From positions 672,001 to 736,000 of the forward strand of contig CAXXWC010000021.1 in assembly GCA_963668645.2 (NCBI GenBank): 64,000 bases of DNA, written 5' to 3'. Source of the stretch: Desulfobacterales bacterium. GTDB lineage: Bacteria; Desulfobacterota; Desulfobacteria; Desulfobacterales; UBA2174. A program made the position numbers and the translations under genes. The notes beneath the pieces are model-generated. The model worked only from the letters and a program-made list of their open reading frames with translations. It was not told the DNA's origin and ran no database searches. Shown piece by piece: positions 39,520 through 52,145 of the stretch (position 1 is the first letter of the stretch; the number at the start of each line of letters is the position of its first letter).

Positions 39520-39595
39520 CTCCGATAGCTCCCCCCACCCCACGATGTGCGATTGTACGATGCGAATTTTCGGATATTGGTGCCCGACAGCGGAT

Positions 39596-40768
39596 CTACA
39601 TCATATCCTTCTGTGTATCGGCGACGGCCTGGTCAAGCCTGTTCTGCAGCTGGGGCGGCAACCCCTCTATGTTCACGTTGAGAAAACCGCGCACGATGGT
39701 CGACACGGCCGTCTCTTCGTCCAGTCCGCGCGCCATGAGGTATTCGATTTCATGGCGGTCGATCTTGCCCACGGCCGCCTCGTGGCTCATCTCGACCCCC
39801 GGCACATGGCCGGACAACTCGGGAATGGCGTGCATCAGCCCATCGTTGAGAATCAGCCCCTTGCACTCGAGATGGGCTTTGATACCGGCCACCTTGCCCA
39901 CCAGATCGCCGCGGGCGATGATGTTGCCCCCATAGGTGATGGCCCTGGAAATGATTTCGGCCCGGGTTTCCGGCGCTTCGAGGACGATGCGCGCCCCGAC
40001 GTCGAGGTGGCTGCCGCGGCTGGCGACCAGAATGCTGTTGAAGCGCCCCACCGCGCCGCGTCCGGCCAGATACGTGGTGGGAAACATCTGCAGCGACCCC
40101 AGGGGTCTGAGGGAGATGTAGTTGGAAACCAGGACGCCGTCCTCCTCCACCACGGTGACCGATCGGGGCCGCACATTGACGTTCTCGCCCCAGTCATGGA
40201 TCATGGTGAAGGTCAGGCGCCCCCCTTTCTTGACGTAAAACTCGGACACCCCGATGTGCAAACCGGCCGTCAGATGAGGCGCCGTGGCACACCCGGTGAT
40301 GATGTGCATCTCGGCCCCTTCTTCAACGATAACGATGTTGTGCACATTCTGGGCGAAACGGTCCTTGGCGATATACAAACAGGATTGCACCGGCTGGGCC
40401 ACCTTGACCCCGGCCTGGGCGCGGATGAAATAGCCTTCGGCCGGAGCGGCCTTGGCATGGGCCGTGATCTCGTCCTTTTCCGGGGAGATATGCCGCCACA
40501 GATATTCGTCCAGCCACCGGTGTTTGGCCAGCGCCTGGTTGATCCCCATGATCTCCAGACCGTCTTGCTGGGTGCGGCAGTGGACCACGCTGCGGTCCAT
40601 CTGGATAAAGGTGCCGGACCGCTCGCCGGTATCGGTGCTGACCCCTACCTGGAGAAATTTACCGGCGTCAGCCGGGGCCACCTGGCCTAAATCGTCGAGG
40701 TACTCGTGGGCATCCGCCTCGGTCCGGTACTGTTTGAAATCGATCCCTTCCCCGTTCACATCGCGCAT
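39596..40768 (-). CDS. sufB: SufB/SufD-family Fe-S scaffold (SMS SmsB-like)
   Basis: ITGC, HLECKGLIL, AIPEL, SHEAAVGKI...YLMARGL...IVRGF. Confidence 0.9.
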   Translation of the reverse strand: MRDVNGEGIDFKQYRTEADAHEYLDDLGQVAPADAGKFLQVGVSTDTGERSGTFIQMDRSVVHCRTQQDGLEIMGINQALAKHRWLDEYLWRHISPEKDEITAHAKAAPAEGYFIRAQAGVKVAQPVQSCLYIAKDRFAQNVHNIVIVEEGAEMHIITGCATAPHLTAGLHIGVSEFYVKKGGRLTFTMIHDWGENVNVRPRSVTVVEEDGVLVSNYISLRPLGSLQMFPTTYLAGRGAVGRFNSILVASRGSHLDVGARIVLEAPETRAEIISRAITYGGNIIARGDLVGKVAGIKAHLECKGLILNDGLMHAIPELSGHVPGVEMSHEAAVGKIDRHEIEYLMARGLDEETAVSTIVRGFLNVNIEGLPPQLQNRLDQAVADTQKDMM

Positions 40769-41514
40769 CGAAAGCACTCCTCGTATCCGTATTCACCGAT
40801 CCACTTGAGGATCTCCCGGGCATTGCGGCTACAGCAAAGATGACCGTTGTACAGCACCTGTCCCCGGTCGGCGGTGATATAGTCCAGGATGTGACCGGTG
40901 TGGGTGATCACCAGAGCGCTCTTGGGCCGGGAGGTGAACATCTCTTTGTGCGTTTTGCCGGCCGGGAACTTCACCCCCCGGTGCAGCAGGTGATTGATGG
41001 TATCCCCCAGCAGGACGATGTTTTCCAGGTCGACACCCGATTCGGGCTCATCGAGCAGCACCAGGTCCGGATCCTGGGCCAGCAGCTGCATCAGTTCGCT
41101 GCGCTTGATCTCTCCGCCGGACAGATGACTATTCACGTCCCGCTCGAGAAACTGACTGCAGTTGACCTGTCGGGCCAGCTCTTCCACCTCCACCGGCCGA
41201 TCTCCGGCACAGACCTGCACCAGCTGCCCGGTCTTAAGGCCGTTGATCGTCGGCGGGCGTTGAAAGGCGATCCCGATGCCCAGCCGGGCCCGCTCGTGGA
41301 TCGGCATGCGGGTGATGTCCTGTCCCTTGAACACGATCCGGCCGTGGGTCACGTCATAGCCGGAAAAGCCCATCAGGGTCATCATCAGGGTCGATTTGCC
41401 CGATCCGTTGGGCCCAAAGAGGATATGGGTTTCTCCGGGCGGGATTTCCATATTGATGTTTTTGAGGATCGGCTTTCCGCCGATCTCTACGGTCAAATCT
41501 TCGATGGTCAGCAT
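40756..41514 (-). CDS. sufC: SufC-like ABC ATPase (SMS SmsC-like)
   Basis: GPNGSGKS, LSGGEIKRSE, LLDEPESGVD, ITHTG, C-terminal YEECFRC. Confidence 0.9.
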   Translation of the reverse strand: MLTIEDLTVEIGGKPILKNINMEIPPGETHILFGPNGSGKSTLMMTLMGFSGYDVTHGRIVFKGQDITRMPIHERARLGIGIAFQRPPTINGLKTGQLVQVCAGDRPVEVEELARQVNCSQFLERDVNSHLSGGEIKRSELMQLLAQDPDLVLLDEPESGVDLENIVLLGDTINHLLHRGVKFPAGKTHKEMFTSRPKSALVITHTGHILDYITADRGQVLYNGHLCCSRNAREILKWIGEYGYEECFRCAM

Positions 41515-41557
41515 GGCATTCCGTTGCGGATTATAGGTTGGATTTGCATGATGCGAA

Positions 41558-41965
<408 letters not shown>

Positions 41966-41994
41966 CCTGAATCTCAAATCTCGGATTTCAAATT

Positions 41995-42711
41995 TCAGCC
42001 CTCTTCATTGAGCCAGTAAATAATCCGCTGGCACAGGGGGCATATCTTGAGACTGTCCTGGCGCTGCAGCTCGTTGTAAAGCTGCGGCGGGATGTTCATA
42101 TGGCATCCCTGGCATATGGCTCGCTGTACCGCGGCCACCGCAACATGGTCTTTTTGCTGGGCCTGGGCATGCAGATAGGTGGCCATCAATTGGGCGTCGA
42201 CCTGGGCGGCGATGGTTTGGCGGGCCTTTTGGGCCTCTGTCAGCTGCTCCCGGTCCCGTTCAATGCCGGCCTCGATTTCCGCAGACTCCCGGCTCAGCTC
42301 CACTTCACGATGGGCAAAGTCCTCGCGGCGTAAGGCCAACTCCTTTTCGACGGCAGCGATCTCGTCCAGCAGGCCGATCATCTCGTCCTCGATGGCCGAG
42401 GCCCCGGCCCGGATCTCGTCGATCTCCTTGAGAGTGGCCTGGTACTCCTTGTTGGTCTTGACCTCGTTGAGTCTCACTTCTCGCTTGACGGCGCGATCCT
42501 GCTGGGCGTGCGCTTCGCGCTCCAGTTCCCGGTAACGCCGGTTAAGCGCCTTGAGCCGATCCTCGGATTCCGCCACGGCCGCTTGAAGCAGTTCGCCCTC
42601 GACCTTAAGGCTTTCGAAACGCCGAGGGGCACACACCAGAGCCTGATCGAGTTCGTGGATCTTTATTTCGGCGGCCTGCAAACGGGCTAACATCTCGATT
42701 TTGGTTTTCAT
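41995..42711 (-). CDS. Coiled-coil C4-type zinc ribbon protein (DUF164/CT398-like)
   Basis: Long coiled coil, then CQGCHM...CPLCQRII; typical position between nif3 and rnpB. Confidence 0.9.
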   Translation of the reverse strand: MKTKIEMLARLQAAEIKIHELDQALVCAPRRFESLKVEGELLQAAVAESEDRLKALNRRYRELEREAHAQQDRAVKREVRLNEVKTNKEYQATLKEIDEIRAGASAIEDEMIGLLDEIAAVEKELALRREDFAHREVELSRESAEIEAGIERDREQLTEAQKARQTIAAQVDAQLMATYLHAQAQQKDHVAVAAVQRAICQGCHMNIPPQLYNELQRQDSLKICPLCQRIIYWLNEEG

Positions 42712-42718
42712 TCCATGA

Positions 42719-43549
42719 CTATCCATTGCCGTCCGGGCGGATCTCGACCCGCCCGAAAGGATCGCGTTCCAGAGTGCAGGCCGTCAACCGGATTCCGGCC
42801 TCGCCCAGGCCTTGACCGAGCCTTGCAACCAGATCGTCGATCATGATGCGTTCCGAGGCGAAATGACCGATATCGATGGCCGATCGGCCGGCGTCGATGA
42901 TGTCCCGGGCTTCGTGATAGCGAATTTCCCCGGTGATGTATACATCTGCCGGACTGGCGAGAAATGCCCCTACGAGGCTGCCGCCGCTGCCCGAGCAAAG
43001 GGCGGCCTCGTGCACTGCTCTGCCCGGATCGCCAACTATCGGCACATGGCCCAGTCCCAATCGCCGCCCGGCATGCCGGGCCAATTCTTCCAGCGTTACG
43101 GGCGCGGCAAGCCGCCCGAGCCGCCCCAAACCAACCCCGTCCTGATCCGGCATTGCGGTGCAAGCCGAAAGCGGCCCGTTGACGTGAATGTCCAGCCTGC
43201 GGGCCAGCAGGTCGTTGAGTCCATCCACGGCGCTGTCCAGGCTGGTATGGGCGGCATAAATGGATAGATCGGCACCTAGGGCAAGGGCGATGGTACGGCC
43301 CGTCGCAGTGGCCAGATCGATGCGTTTCAAAGGCTTGAAAAGAAGCGGATGGTGTGTGATGAGCAGATCGGCGCCATCCTGGCAGGCGGCCTGCACGACT
43401 TCGGGCGAAGGGTCCAGCGCAACCCAGATATGCCCAACGGATCTATCGAGGGCGCCGACCTGCAGGCCGCAATTGTCCCAGGCTTCGGCCAACCCCGGGG
43501 GGGCCAAACGTTCGAGAAGCCGGATCACATCCTCTACCGTCACTGGCAT
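42719..43549 (-). CDS. Nif3-like dinuclear metal centre protein
   Basis: WDNCGLQVG, ITHHPL, HTSLD, TGEIRYH, GHFASE. Confidence 0.92.
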   Translation of the reverse strand: MPVTVEDVIRLLERLAPPGLAEAWDNCGLQVGALDRSVGHIWVALDPSPEVVQAACQDGADLLITHHPLLFKPLKRIDLATATGRTIALALGADLSIYAAHTSLDSAVDGLNDLLARRLDIHVNGPLSACTAMPDQDGVGLGRLGRLAAPVTLEELARHAGRRLGLGHVPIVGDPGRAVHEAALCSGSGGSLVGAFLASPADVYITGEIRYHEARDIIDAGRSAIDIGHFASERIMIDDLVARLGQGLGEAGIRLTACTLERDPFGRVEIRPDGNG

Positions 43550-43638
43550 TCCCGATCTCATTGGCAAGCTCCCACGGGTGAAAATCTCTCGATGGCCATC
43601 CCCCTTGCGCATTGACCGCACGGGTTGGTTCGATTTGT

Positions 43639-43714
43639 TGGTGGGCCCACCTGGGTTCGAACCAGGGACCGACCGGTTATGAGCCGGTGGCTCTTCCAAC
43701 TGAGCTATGGGCCC
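43639..43714 (-). tRNA. tRNA-Ile2 (CAU anticodon, lysidine type)
   Basis: GGGCCCATAGCTCAGTTGGAAGAGCCACCGGCTCATAACCGGTCGGTCCCTGGTTCGAACCCAGGTGGGCCCACCA; Ile2 inferred from the GGGCCC acceptor and the position after rpoD. Confidence 0.93.
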
Positions 43715-43765
43715 CAACACCTGCTTGATAAGGCACCGCCTTCCTACCGACAGGCGCGCCCTTTG

Positions 43766-45616
43766 TCAACCGTCTACAAAACTCTTAAGCTTGCGGCTGC
43801 GGGTCGGATGCCGCAATTTGCGTAGCGCCTTGGCCTCTATCTGGCGAATCCGCTCGCGGGTCACGGCGAAATCCTGGCCGACCTCTTCAAGAGTGTGATC
43901 TGCTTTTTCGCCGATACCGAAACGCATCCGCAAAACTTTTTCTTCCCGTGGGGTCAAGGTGGCCAACACCTTGCGCGTCTGTTCGGCCAGGTTCAAGCTC
44001 ACGGCCGCCTCGCTGGGCAGCAGGAACTTTTTATCTTCAATAAAATCGCCAAGGTGACTGTCTTCTTCCTCACCGATGGGCGTTTCCAAAGAGATCGGTT
44101 CACGTGCAATCTTGAGCACTTTACGCACCTTGTCCAGCGGAATCTCCATCTTATCGGCGATCTCTTCGGGGGTCGGTTCGCGGCCCAACTCCTGCACGAG
44201 ATAACGCGAGGTGCGGATCAGCTTGTTGATCGTTTCGATCATGTGCACAGGAATGCGGATGGTTCTGGCCTGATCGGCAATGGCCCGGGTAATCGCCTGG
44301 CGGATCCACCAGGTGGCGTAGGTGGAAAATTTGTACCCCCGGCGATATTCGAACTTGTCCACAGCCTTCATCAGGCCGATGTTCCCCTCCTGGATCAAGT
44401 CTAGAAACTGCAAGCCGCGGTTGGTATATTTCTTGGCGATGCTCACCACCAGACGCAGGTTGGCCTTGGTCAGCTCGCTCTTGGCGTCCTTGGCCCGCTG
44501 GCGGCCGTCCTCGACGCCGGCCATGATCCGCTTGAGGGCCGGACTGCGCGCCTTGATGCGATCTTCGCGCGCCGTAATCTGGTCGAGGGTATTCTTCAAA
44601 TCCTCGTAGAGCAGATCTATCTCGTCTTGGGTCAGATTGCAGCGCAACGCGGCCCAGGCGATGAATTCGGCACTATCCTGGAGCCGAAGGCGAAAATCGG
44701 TCAATGAGATGCCCAAGGACTCGGCGCTGAATGCGATCTTTCGGTTCATGTTGTCGAACCAGTCGATCTGGCCGCGAATCATCCCCTCGATCTTGTCGAT
44801 TACACCGCCTTCCAGGCGCCACTCCTTGATCAGTTCGAATATCTTGGCGTTGCGGCGCGCCACCGAACGTCGCAACCGGCGATGCGCATCGGGCGCCATC
44901 TTGGTTTTGAAAAGCTTTTCACGAAACCGGTTGTTTTCCTGGTCAATATCGCGGATCCGATTGATGGTCTGAACGAAGCGATCTGTCTGGAGCATTTCGT
45001 CGACGTAGGTCTCACCCTCGTCCACGTCCCTGAGTACGTATTTGGGCCGCAGGGCCCCTGATTCGATCTGCTCGCCGAGACGCAGGATGCATTCCACCCC
45101 GGTGGTCGTATCGAGCAAAGCCCGCAACACCTCCTGTTCGCCGGCTTCGATCTTCTTGGCGATTTCGACCTCGCCTTCCCGGCTCAGGAGCGTCACCATC
45201 CCCATCTCACGCAGGTACATCTTGACCGGATCGCTCACCGAGCCGTAGTCGGCCACGGACATGTCTTCGTCTTTGCTTTTTTCCTCTTTGGGCGACGCTC
45301 CAGATTCGGTTTCGGCAAGCTTGCCCTTTTCTTCCTCGACCACATCGATATCGTGTTCATCAAGGAAAATCAGCGCTTCGTCGATCACATCCGCCGAACG
45401 CAGTTCATCGGGAAGCATGGCGTTGATATCGTCATAAGTCAGATACCCCTGAGCCTTGGCCTTGCCGACGAGCTGGCCGAGCACCTTTTTGCCGAGCTTG
45501 TCCCCTCCGCTGGCCTCCTCCTTGTTGGATGGTTTTTTTTGGGTGGTCTGCTCTCGGGGCAGGGATTTAATCTTTTTGGAGGTCGTTTGCCGTTTGGCAG
45601 CGGACTTGTTGGCCAT
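43766..45616 (-). CDS. rpoD: RNA polymerase primary sigma factor
   Basis: [60 protein letters not shown]. Confidence 0.98.
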   Translation of the reverse strand: MANKSAAKRQTTSKKIKSLPREQTTQKKPSNKEEASGGDKLGKKVLGQLVGKAKAQGYLTYDDINAMLPDELRSADVIDEALIFLDEHDIDVVEEEKGKLAETESGASPKEEKSKDEDMSVADYGSVSDPVKMYLREMGMVTLLSREGEVEIAKKIEAGEQEVLRALLDTTTGVECILRLGEQIESGALRPKYVLRDVDEGETYVDEMLQTDRFVQTINRIRDIDQENNRFREKLFKTKMAPDAHRRLRRSVARRNAKIFELIKEWRLEGGVIDKIEGMIRGQIDWFDNMNRKIAFSAESLGISLTDFRLRLQDSAEFIAWAALRCNLTQDEIDLLYEDLKNTLDQITAREDRIKARSPALKRIMAGVEDGRQRAKDAKSELTKANLRLVVSIAKKYTNRGLQFLDLIQEGNIGLMKAVDKFEYRRGYKFSTYATWWIRQAITRAIADQARTIRIPVHMIETINKLIRTSRYLVQELGREPTPEEIADKMEIPLDKVRKVLKIAREPISLETPIGEEEDSHLGDFIEDKKFLLPSEAAVSLNLAEQTRKVLATLTPREEKVLRMRFGIGEKADHTLEEVGQDFAVTRERIRQIEAKALRKLRHPTRSRKLKSFVDG

Positions 45617-45657
45617 GAATGCGATCCTCCTGAAACGATCTAGGATTCCAGCCTTGT

Positions 45658-47466
45658 TCAATGTGTTGTCAACTTGCGTTTGGACCGGTCCTTGTTGCGA
45701 GCCGCAAGGTTGATTTCGCGCAACAGCCGTTCGAGACGCTCGCTGTCCGCCTCCTGTTCGGCCTCGCTGACCGCCGAAATCCGGCTGTTATGCTTTCGAC
45801 CGGCAGCCAGCTCGAAGTGCCTGATCAACTTTAGACACCCGGCCTCGGTCCACTCTTCATCGCCCATCATCAACCGGCTTGCCAGGCTTCGTAAACCCGG
45901 ATCGGTCAACGTGTCCAGTGGATCGTCAACCTTGCCGGCCTCGCGAAAACGTGCCAAGGCCGCCTCGGCAATGGCTCTTAGTCGTAAATCAACAAAATAA
46001 GACGTCAGTCGGTGTTTGTCGACCTCCGCCAGAATCCGGGGAAATTGAAGTATCATCGACGTCACCTGGCGTTCAAGGGGAGGCAGCCGCACCGGCTGTG
46101 GGGTCGCCGTTTCGGTGGCAGCGGCCGCCGCCCTGCCCCGGCCGAGCCGTTTCAAGACGACGGCCTCGTCAACGCCCACCCGCTCGGCCAGCAATTTGAC
46201 ATAGAGCGACCGGGTGACCGGATCTTCCACTGTCTTGAGCGAGGGGATCAAGGCCCCCACCACCAGGGACCGGCCCTCGATGGTGTCGCCGTGCTGGCGC
46301 AGCATGGCATCCAGCATGAAAGGAAATACGCCCTTTGCCTCTTCGGCCAGTGCCATAAACGCCTCGGCGCCCTTGGCGTGCAAAAAGCTGTCCGGATCCT
46401 GGCCGCCCGGCAACTCCATGATAACGGTGTTAATCCCTTTCTCACGATGGAAGCTGCCGGCTGCAAAACGCTGATGAAGTTGTTCGAATACCGGCCGAGC
46501 GCGTTCGGCGGCCTTTTGACCGGCCGCATCCCCGTCGAAAACCAGCACGATCCGACCCGATCCGACAAACCTTTTGAGCAAAGCGATCTGCTCGGCTGTC
46601 AGAGCGGTGCCCAGGGTCGCCGCCGCATTGCGGATCCCGTGCTGGTGAAGCGCCAGCAGGTCGAGGTAGCCTTCCACGATATAGACCGTCTGAGTGCGGC
46701 GGCAATGAGCGCGCGCCTGATAGAGCCCATAAAGAGAGCGGCTCTTGTTGTAGAGCGGGGTCTCCGGCGAATTGAGATATTTGGGCAATGCATCGGCGAT
46801 CACCCGCCCGCCGAATCCGACAACCGTTCCATCGATATTGTTGATCGGGAAAATAATCCTTTGGCGAAATCGGTCGTAATAACCGCTCTTGCTTTTGCGG
46901 GGGACGATCAAACCGGCTTTTTCCATCAATGATTCTGGAAACTTTTTACTGCGCAGGTGCGCCAGTAGCCGATCCCAGGCCGCCGGTGCCCACCCGAGCC
47001 GGAAAGTCTTGACGACATCGTGGTTGAAGCCCCGGCCTTCCAGGTAGGACCGCGCCATGCGCCCCTGCTCGGGATGGGCAAGCATCCGGCAAAAGAAGTC
47101 CTCGGCAGCTATGTTGACGACGCGCAAGCGGTCGCGTTCATCCCCACCTGCCGAAGCGCCCTTACCTTCGACCGGCAGCTGGATACCGTAGCGCCGGGCC
47201 AACGCCTTGATGGCCTCAGGAAAATTGAGCCCCTGGTGGCGCATGAGAAACGAAAAGACGTCCCCCCCCTCACCGCAACCGAAGCAGTGAAAAATCTGCT
47301 TGTCCGGACTGACGGTAAACGAGGGGGTCTTTTCGCTGTGAAAAGGGCAAAGCCCCACCAGGTTCTTGCCGGCCTGTTTGAGCGCCACCGCCTCGGACAC
47401 GATGTCCACGATATCGGCCGCCTGGCGTACCTCCTGGATGATGGTTTCCGGAATCTGTCCGCCCAA
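45658..47466 (-). CDS. dnaG: DNA primase
   Basis: [11 protein letters not shown]...[28 protein letters not shown]. Confidence 0.97.
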   Translation of the reverse strand: MGGQIPETIIQEVRQAADIVDIVSEAVALKQAGKNLVGLCPFHSEKTPSFTVSPDKQIFHCFGCGEGGDVFSFLMRHQGLNFPEAIKALARRYGIQLPVEGKGASAGGDERDRLRVVNIAAEDFFCRMLAHPEQGRMARSYLEGRGFNHDVVKTFRLGWAPAAWDRLLAHLRSKKFPESLMEKAGLIVPRKSKSGYYDRFRQRIIFPINNIDGTVVGFGGRVIADALPKYLNSPETPLYNKSRSLYGLYQARAHCRRTQTVYIVEGYLDLLALHQHGIRNAAATLGTALTAEQIALLKRFVGSGRIVLVFDGDAAGQKAAERARPVFEQLHQRFAAGSFHREKGINTVIMELPGGQDPDSFLHAKGAEAFMALAEEAKGVFPFMLDAMLRQHGDTIEGRSLVVGALIPSLKTVEDPVTRSLYVKLLAERVGVDEAVVLKRLGRGRAAAAATETATPQPVRLPPLERQVTSMILQFPRILAEVDKHRLTSYFVDLRLRAIAEAALARFREAGKVDDPLDTLTDPGLRSLASRLMMGDEEWTEAGCLKLIRHFELAAGRKHNSRISAVSEAEQEADSERLERLLREINLAARNKDRSKRKLTTH

Positions 47467-47549
47467 ACGCTGCCTCCTGCCTTACAGTTCCCTTACGGCC
47501 GGATACCTCCAGCGGCAAAGCCGTCCCTGACCGATCGAGGCCCTTGTTT

Positions 47550-48239
47550 CTAACGCTGAGCGCCGAGACTGCCGAGTAGCTCCGTGATACTTTGCACAAT
47601 CATTGTTTCGGCATTAACCCACTCGCCCCTTCGTTTGAGAAAGGTGCCGAACTTTAGCAGATTTTCGTCGAGCGACCGCTGGGTCTCGTCGAACTCAGCC
47701 GACCAGATCATATTCCCTTGAGCCGTATCCAGGAGGTAAAATCCGTAGGCCACCGAAGCGGGCCGCTCCACGGCGAACCGTCCTCCCTGACGCTCACGGA
47801 CGCGATAGAGGTAGCCCACTAGGACACTGTCGCCATCCAGGCGCCGGGCGGCGTCCAGGATCAGTGACTGCTGGGCCAACGGCCCGGTGGCGGCCGCCGC
47901 CAGATCGTCCATGGTGGCTTGAACCGCTGCGGGTCCGATCACCTGGAATCCTTGGGTGGTCAGATGGTCTTGGACCATATTGGTCATCATCGCGGCCAGC
48001 TCAGGCGCCTCCTGGCCTGTGAGGAAAACCTTGCCCGTCAGGGGCGCACGGGCACTGCGATCCGGGCCATAGACCCGGGCCATGTCGACCACGGGCGCCA
48101 GTGCGATGCGTTTCAGGTTTGCGGCCGCAAGGTTTTCCACAGCCGGTTTCGGCCCGGCGCAGCCACCCGTCATCAACAGCAGCAACAACCCAAAGTGCAG
48201 TCCGAGCGATACAGGCCCTTTCGGATGCGCCTTTCGCAT
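47550..48239 (-). CDS. Hypothetical lipoprotein
   Basis: Lipobox LMTGG-C; alpha/beta domain resembling CsgG/LpoB-like proteins. Confidence 0.7.
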   Translation of the reverse strand: MRKAHPKGPVSLGLHFGLLLLLMTGGCAGPKPAVENLAAANLKRIALAPVVDMARVYGPDRSARAPLTGKVFLTGQEAPELAAMMTNMVQDHLTTQGFQVIGPAAVQATMDDLAAAATGPLAQQSLILDAARRLDGDSVLVGYLYRVRERQGGRFAVERPASVAYGFYLLDTAQGNMIWSAEFDETQRSLDENLLKFGTFLKRRGEWVNAETMIVQSITELLGSLGAQR

Positions 48240-48301
48240 AACAAAGTTCAGGGTCATGGAATTCTCCAGCCCGGGCAAAAAGACCCGGTGCAGACGGTGG
48301 A

Positions 48302-48892
48302 TTAGAGGATACCCTTGCTCGATCGGACCGAGACGACTCTTGCATCCAGGCCGGCGGCTTCATCCAAGGCCCTTCCCAATGCCTTGAAGATCGCCTCGAT
48401 GGCGTGATGCCCATTTTCACCATAAGGGACGTTGACGTGGATCGCCATCCCGCCCCGCTGGCACAAGGCCCTGAAAAATTCCTTGGCCAGCATGCTGTCA
48501 AAGGGCATGTTGGCGGTCAGATCCGGGGGAAGCCGCCATACGAGAAACGGTCGATTGGACAGATCGATGGCCACTTCTGCCAAGGCCTCGTCCATCGGTG
48601 TCACCGCATGACCGTAACGGCGCAGTCCCTTCCGGTTGCCCAGGGCCTGGCCCATGGCTTCTCCCAGTGTCAGCCCGACGTCTTCGACTGTATGGTGCCA
48701 GTCGACATGCAAATCACCGACGGCCGCCACGTTAAGGTCGAAAAACCCATGCACTGCAAAAAGGGTCAACATATGATCGAAAAACCCGATTCCCGTCTCC
48801 ACCTCAGCCCGGCCTTGACCGTCGAGGTTCAGGTCCACCCGGACACTGGTTTCCCCTGTCCGGCGTTCAACGCTTCCGGCACGATCGCTCAT
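48302..48892 (-). CDS. hisB: Imidazoleglycerol-phosphate dehydratase
   Basis: RRTGET, FFDHML, HHTVED, PMDEA, NGHHAIEAIFKA. Confidence 0.96.
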   Translation of the reverse strand: MSDRAGSVERRTGETSVRVDLNLDGQGRAEVETGIGFFDHMLTLFAVHGFFDLNVAAVGDLHVDWHHTVEDVGLTLGEAMGQALGNRKGLRRYGHAVTPMDEALAEVAIDLSNRPFLVWRLPPDLTANMPFDSMLAKEFFRALCQRGGMAIHVNVPYGENGHHAIEAIFKALGRALDEAAGLDARVVSVRSSKGIL

Positions 48893-49283
48893 GATTTCTC
48901 CATATCCTCCGGGTTCCGCCCAGCGCAAAATGCGCTTAAAACAGCGGCAACTCATTGTTATCAATTATTATTGTTTCAAACCAGAACCAAATTCGATGCC
49001 TTGGGAAGAGTGAGATCGTCAAACCCGGCCGCCACAGCTACGGCCAAAAAGAAAGGGGATTGATCATAACCGTTTAAAATAAAGACATCATTTGATCCAT
49101 GTCAACCGGTTTTTGACTCTTTAACGAAAACCGATTCTCTTCATCCACCCGGCTACACGGCAAAGATATTTGGCGGGGGACCATTTCGGCCCTCAGATAC
49201 CGGCAGTAGGGTCTATCCTGAAAATCTCGGCGGCAACGGCGCTTGGAGATGACAAAGGTGGGCGGCACGGCCGTTTATGGCAA

Positions 49284-49719
49284 TCATCCGGAGCCCTTGT
49301 CATCAAGATGGAAGTCCGGATAATATTTTTTGGCACACCCGGGGCAGATGCTGTGACTGAAATCGGCATCCGAATGTTCTTTCAGGCAGGCTTCAGCCCG
49401 CAGACCACGAATCGGCATGGGAAGCTTCGGATCGACGTCGCAGGGAAAACCGCCGGCTTCCAGAAACAGGACCTCGTTTTCTGCACCGTCCTCGCTCAGC
49501 AAGGCAACATAGCCGCTGGTGGTGCCCAAAAGGGCCTTGCAGTGGTCGAAGACTGCACGTGCCACTTGAGCAAACGCGCCCGCTAAACAACACAGCCCGG
49601 GCACTGTTCTTGAGTGCCGCCAATTCCCTGGTACGCCTTTCTATCTGCCGCCGGCTGGCGGCCAGTTCGGCGTTGAACTTTTCAACCCCCAAGTTCTGAG
49701 ACGTCTTCCCTCCACCCAT
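49284..49719 (-). pseudogene. Decayed GAF-domain signalling gene (frameshift plus internal deletion)
   Basis: Coiled coil RELAALKNSARAVL, a frameshift, a GAF start (SGYVALLSEDGAENEVLFLEAGG..PMPIRGLRAEA), joined directly to the C-terminal motif EHSDADFSHSICPGCAKKYYP. Confidence 0.6.
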
Positions 49720-49766
49720 GGCGTGTCATCTCCTGCTCGCGCCCTCCAACTGTTCGAAACCGCCAA

Positions 49767-52049
49767 TCAGCCATCGCCCAGCACCTTGCGCACCCGGGCA
49801 CCCAACTCTTCCATGGAGAAAGGCTTTTGAATAAAATGCACGCCTGCTTCCAGAACTCCATGATGGGCGATGACGTTGGCGGTGTAACCGGACATGAATA
49901 AAACCTTCATTTCCGGGTGAACGGTGAGCAGCTTTTCGGCCAGGTCCCGGCCGTTCATTTCCGGCATAATCACATCAGCGATCAACAGGTGGATCTTTTC
50001 GGAGTATTGCTGGACCAGCGCCGTGGCGGCGCCATGATTGTCTGCGGCCAGAACGGCGTATCCCAATTTTTCGAGCATCCTGCCGGTCAGTTTCAAAAGG
50101 GTAGAATCGTCTTCGACTACCAGGATCGTCTCGCCGTGGTTCTCCGCTATCCTTGGTTTCCTTCGGGCCGTCAAGGCCGCTTCGGCATTGCTGATATAAC
50201 GCGGCAGGTAAATTCTTAAGGTCGTGCCCTGCTCCGGTTCACTGTAGACATTGATAAAGCCGTTGTTCTGCCTGACGATCCCGTAGACCGTGGCCAGCCC
50301 GAGACCGGTACCCCGGCCTTCCTCCTTGGTGGTAAAAAACGGTTCGAAAATAGCATCGAGGGTCTCTTTGGGCATGCCGCAGCCGTTGTCGCTGACCGCC
50401 AATAGAACGAAATCCCCCTGGCAAAATCCAGCATGATCCTTGCAATACGTTTCATCGAAACTCATATTGTCGGTTTCGATGGTGATTTTTCCCACCCCGG
50501 TGATCGCATCCCTGGCGTTGACAACCAGATTGGCCAGAATCTGGTCGACCTGGGAAGGGTCCATCATCACCGACCATAAATTTTCGCCCGGCCGGAAAAC
50601 CAGATCGATATCCTCACCGATCAGCCGCCAAAGCATCTTGAGCATGTCCTGCACCGTCTCGTTCAGGTCCAGGTCTCTTGGTGAGATGGTCTGTTTGCGG
50701 GCGAAGGCCAGCAGTTGTCGGGTGATGTCGGCCGAACGGCGTGCGGCCGTCATGACCTCGATCAAATCAGGATAGACTTGATGCGCCTTGCCCAGTTGTT
50801 GCATGGCCATCTCGGCATAACCGATGATCACACTGATCATGTTGTTGAAGTCGTGGGCCACCCCACCGGCGAGGCGCCCTATCGACTCGAGCTTCTGGGC
50901 TTGAATCAACTGTGTCTGCAAGGACTCCTGCTGGCTGATATCGATGCTCACGGCAAGCGCAGCGTACATTTCGCCGTTGCGGTCAAACAACGGATAGGTC
51001 GAAAAATAGGCCGGAAATGTCTCACCCGATTTTCGCACCAAGGTGGTCTTGCCGTGAACCCCCTGTTTTTGCTCATGCATCTGTCGCAATGACGCGGGAA
51101 AGAGCCTGACTTCCTCGGGAAGCTGAAGCAGCGACAACGGCTGGCCGACAATCTCATCACGGCGGTAATCGAAAAGCGTCTCGGCTCCTGGGCTGAATTC
51201 CAATACGGTCGGAACCGCCCCCTTGGCATCGGCGATGACGAACGATACGTTGGGAGCCGCTTTGAAAATCGCCTGCAAGCGTTCCTCGCTGAGACGCAGG
51301 GCTTCCTCGGCCAGTTTCTGGACCGTGATATCCTGAGCCGTTCCAAACAGCTTGACGACTTTTCCCGTCTGGTCCAGAGCGGTGGTTCCGATGGTATGCA
51401 TCCAGCCCATTTCACCACTCTGCTTCAGGATCCGAAAGACCACATCGAAGTCGCCGCCATCGGTCTTCGTGCTTCGAAACACCCCTTCGATGCCGGGCCA
51501 ATCCTCTGGATGGATGTAGGGTCGGATCTTGCTCCAATACAGCTCGTCAGGATCGGGGGCGAGGCCGAAAATGCGGAAAATTTCATCCGACCAGACCATT
51601 GATCCGATCTTCAGATCCATTTCCCAGTGGCCGATGTGCGCAACCCTCTGGGCTTCTTTGTGAAGCGCTTCGCTGCGCTGCAGATTCTCTTCGGCCCGCT
51701 TGCGCTCGGAAATATCACGCAAGCAGGCGATAAGGACACTCTTGCCCTCCCATTCGCTTTCCACCACCCGCATCTCGGCAAAGCAGATGGTGCCGCCTGG
51801 CCGGATGATCTGCACATCGGCCGAGGCACCGACCGCTGCCGGAAGGCCGAAGGGTTGTCCGACCAACTCGTTGCGCCGGCGGCCGAAAAGGTCCGCAGCA
51901 GCCGGGTTGGCATAGGCCACTTCCCCCTGGTTGTCGATGGCCACCACGGCATCGGCCAGAGCCTCGATGAGGTCTTTCATCCGCCGGGACTCTTTCCGGC
52001 CCTCGTCGGTGCCCTGGGTCGCGGGTTTCACTTCAGGCATAAATTGCAT
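49767..52049 (-). CDS. Cytoplasmic hybrid histidine kinase (3x PAS - HisKA - HATPase - REC)
   Basis: [37 protein letters not shown]-terminal receiver. Confidence 0.94.
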   Translation of the reverse strand: MQFMPEVKPATQGTDEGRKESRRMKDLIEALADAVVAIDNQGEVAYANPAAADLFGRRRNELVGQPFGLPAAVGASADVQIIRPGGTICFAEMRVVESEWEGKSVLIACLRDISERKRAEENLQRSEALHKEAQRVAHIGHWEMDLKIGSMVWSDEIFRIFGLAPDPDELYWSKIRPYIHPEDWPGIEGVFRSTKTDGGDFDVVFRILKQSGEMGWMHTIGTTALDQTGKVVKLFGTAQDITVQKLAEEALRLSEERLQAIFKAAPNVSFVIADAKGAVPTVLEFSPGAETLFDYRRDEIVGQPLSLLQLPEEVRLFPASLRQMHEQKQGVHGKTTLVRKSGETFPAYFSTYPLFDRNGEMYAALAVSIDISQQESLQTQLIQAQKLESIGRLAGGVAHDFNNMISVIIGYAEMAMQQLGKAHQVYPDLIEVMTAARRSADITRQLLAFARKQTISPRDLDLNETVQDMLKMLWRLIGEDIDLVFRPGENLWSVMMDPSQVDQILANLVVNARDAITGVGKITIETDNMSFDETYCKDHAGFCQGDFVLLAVSDNGCGMPKETLDAIFEPFFTTKEEGRGTGLGLATVYGIVRQNNGFINVYSEPEQGTTLRIYLPRYISNAEAALTARRKPRIAENHGETILVVEDDSTLLKLTGRMLEKLGYAVLAADNHGAATALVQQYSEKIHLLIADVIMPEMNGRDLAEKLLTVHPEMKVLFMSGYTANVIAHHGVLEAGVHFIQKPFSMEELGARVRKVLGDG

Positions 52050-52145
52050 CTCCGCAAACGATTAATCACACGCATCGAGAAAGTTCGGGTTTCATATCTC
52101 TCCCCTCCGACGGGAGGGCCGCCTTTATCGCCGCCATCCAACAGA

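Noticed and set aside
43639..43714. tRNA as an integration site
   Set aside because: The flanks are the conserved rpoD and nif3 genes; no integrase or duplicated 3' end was noticed.
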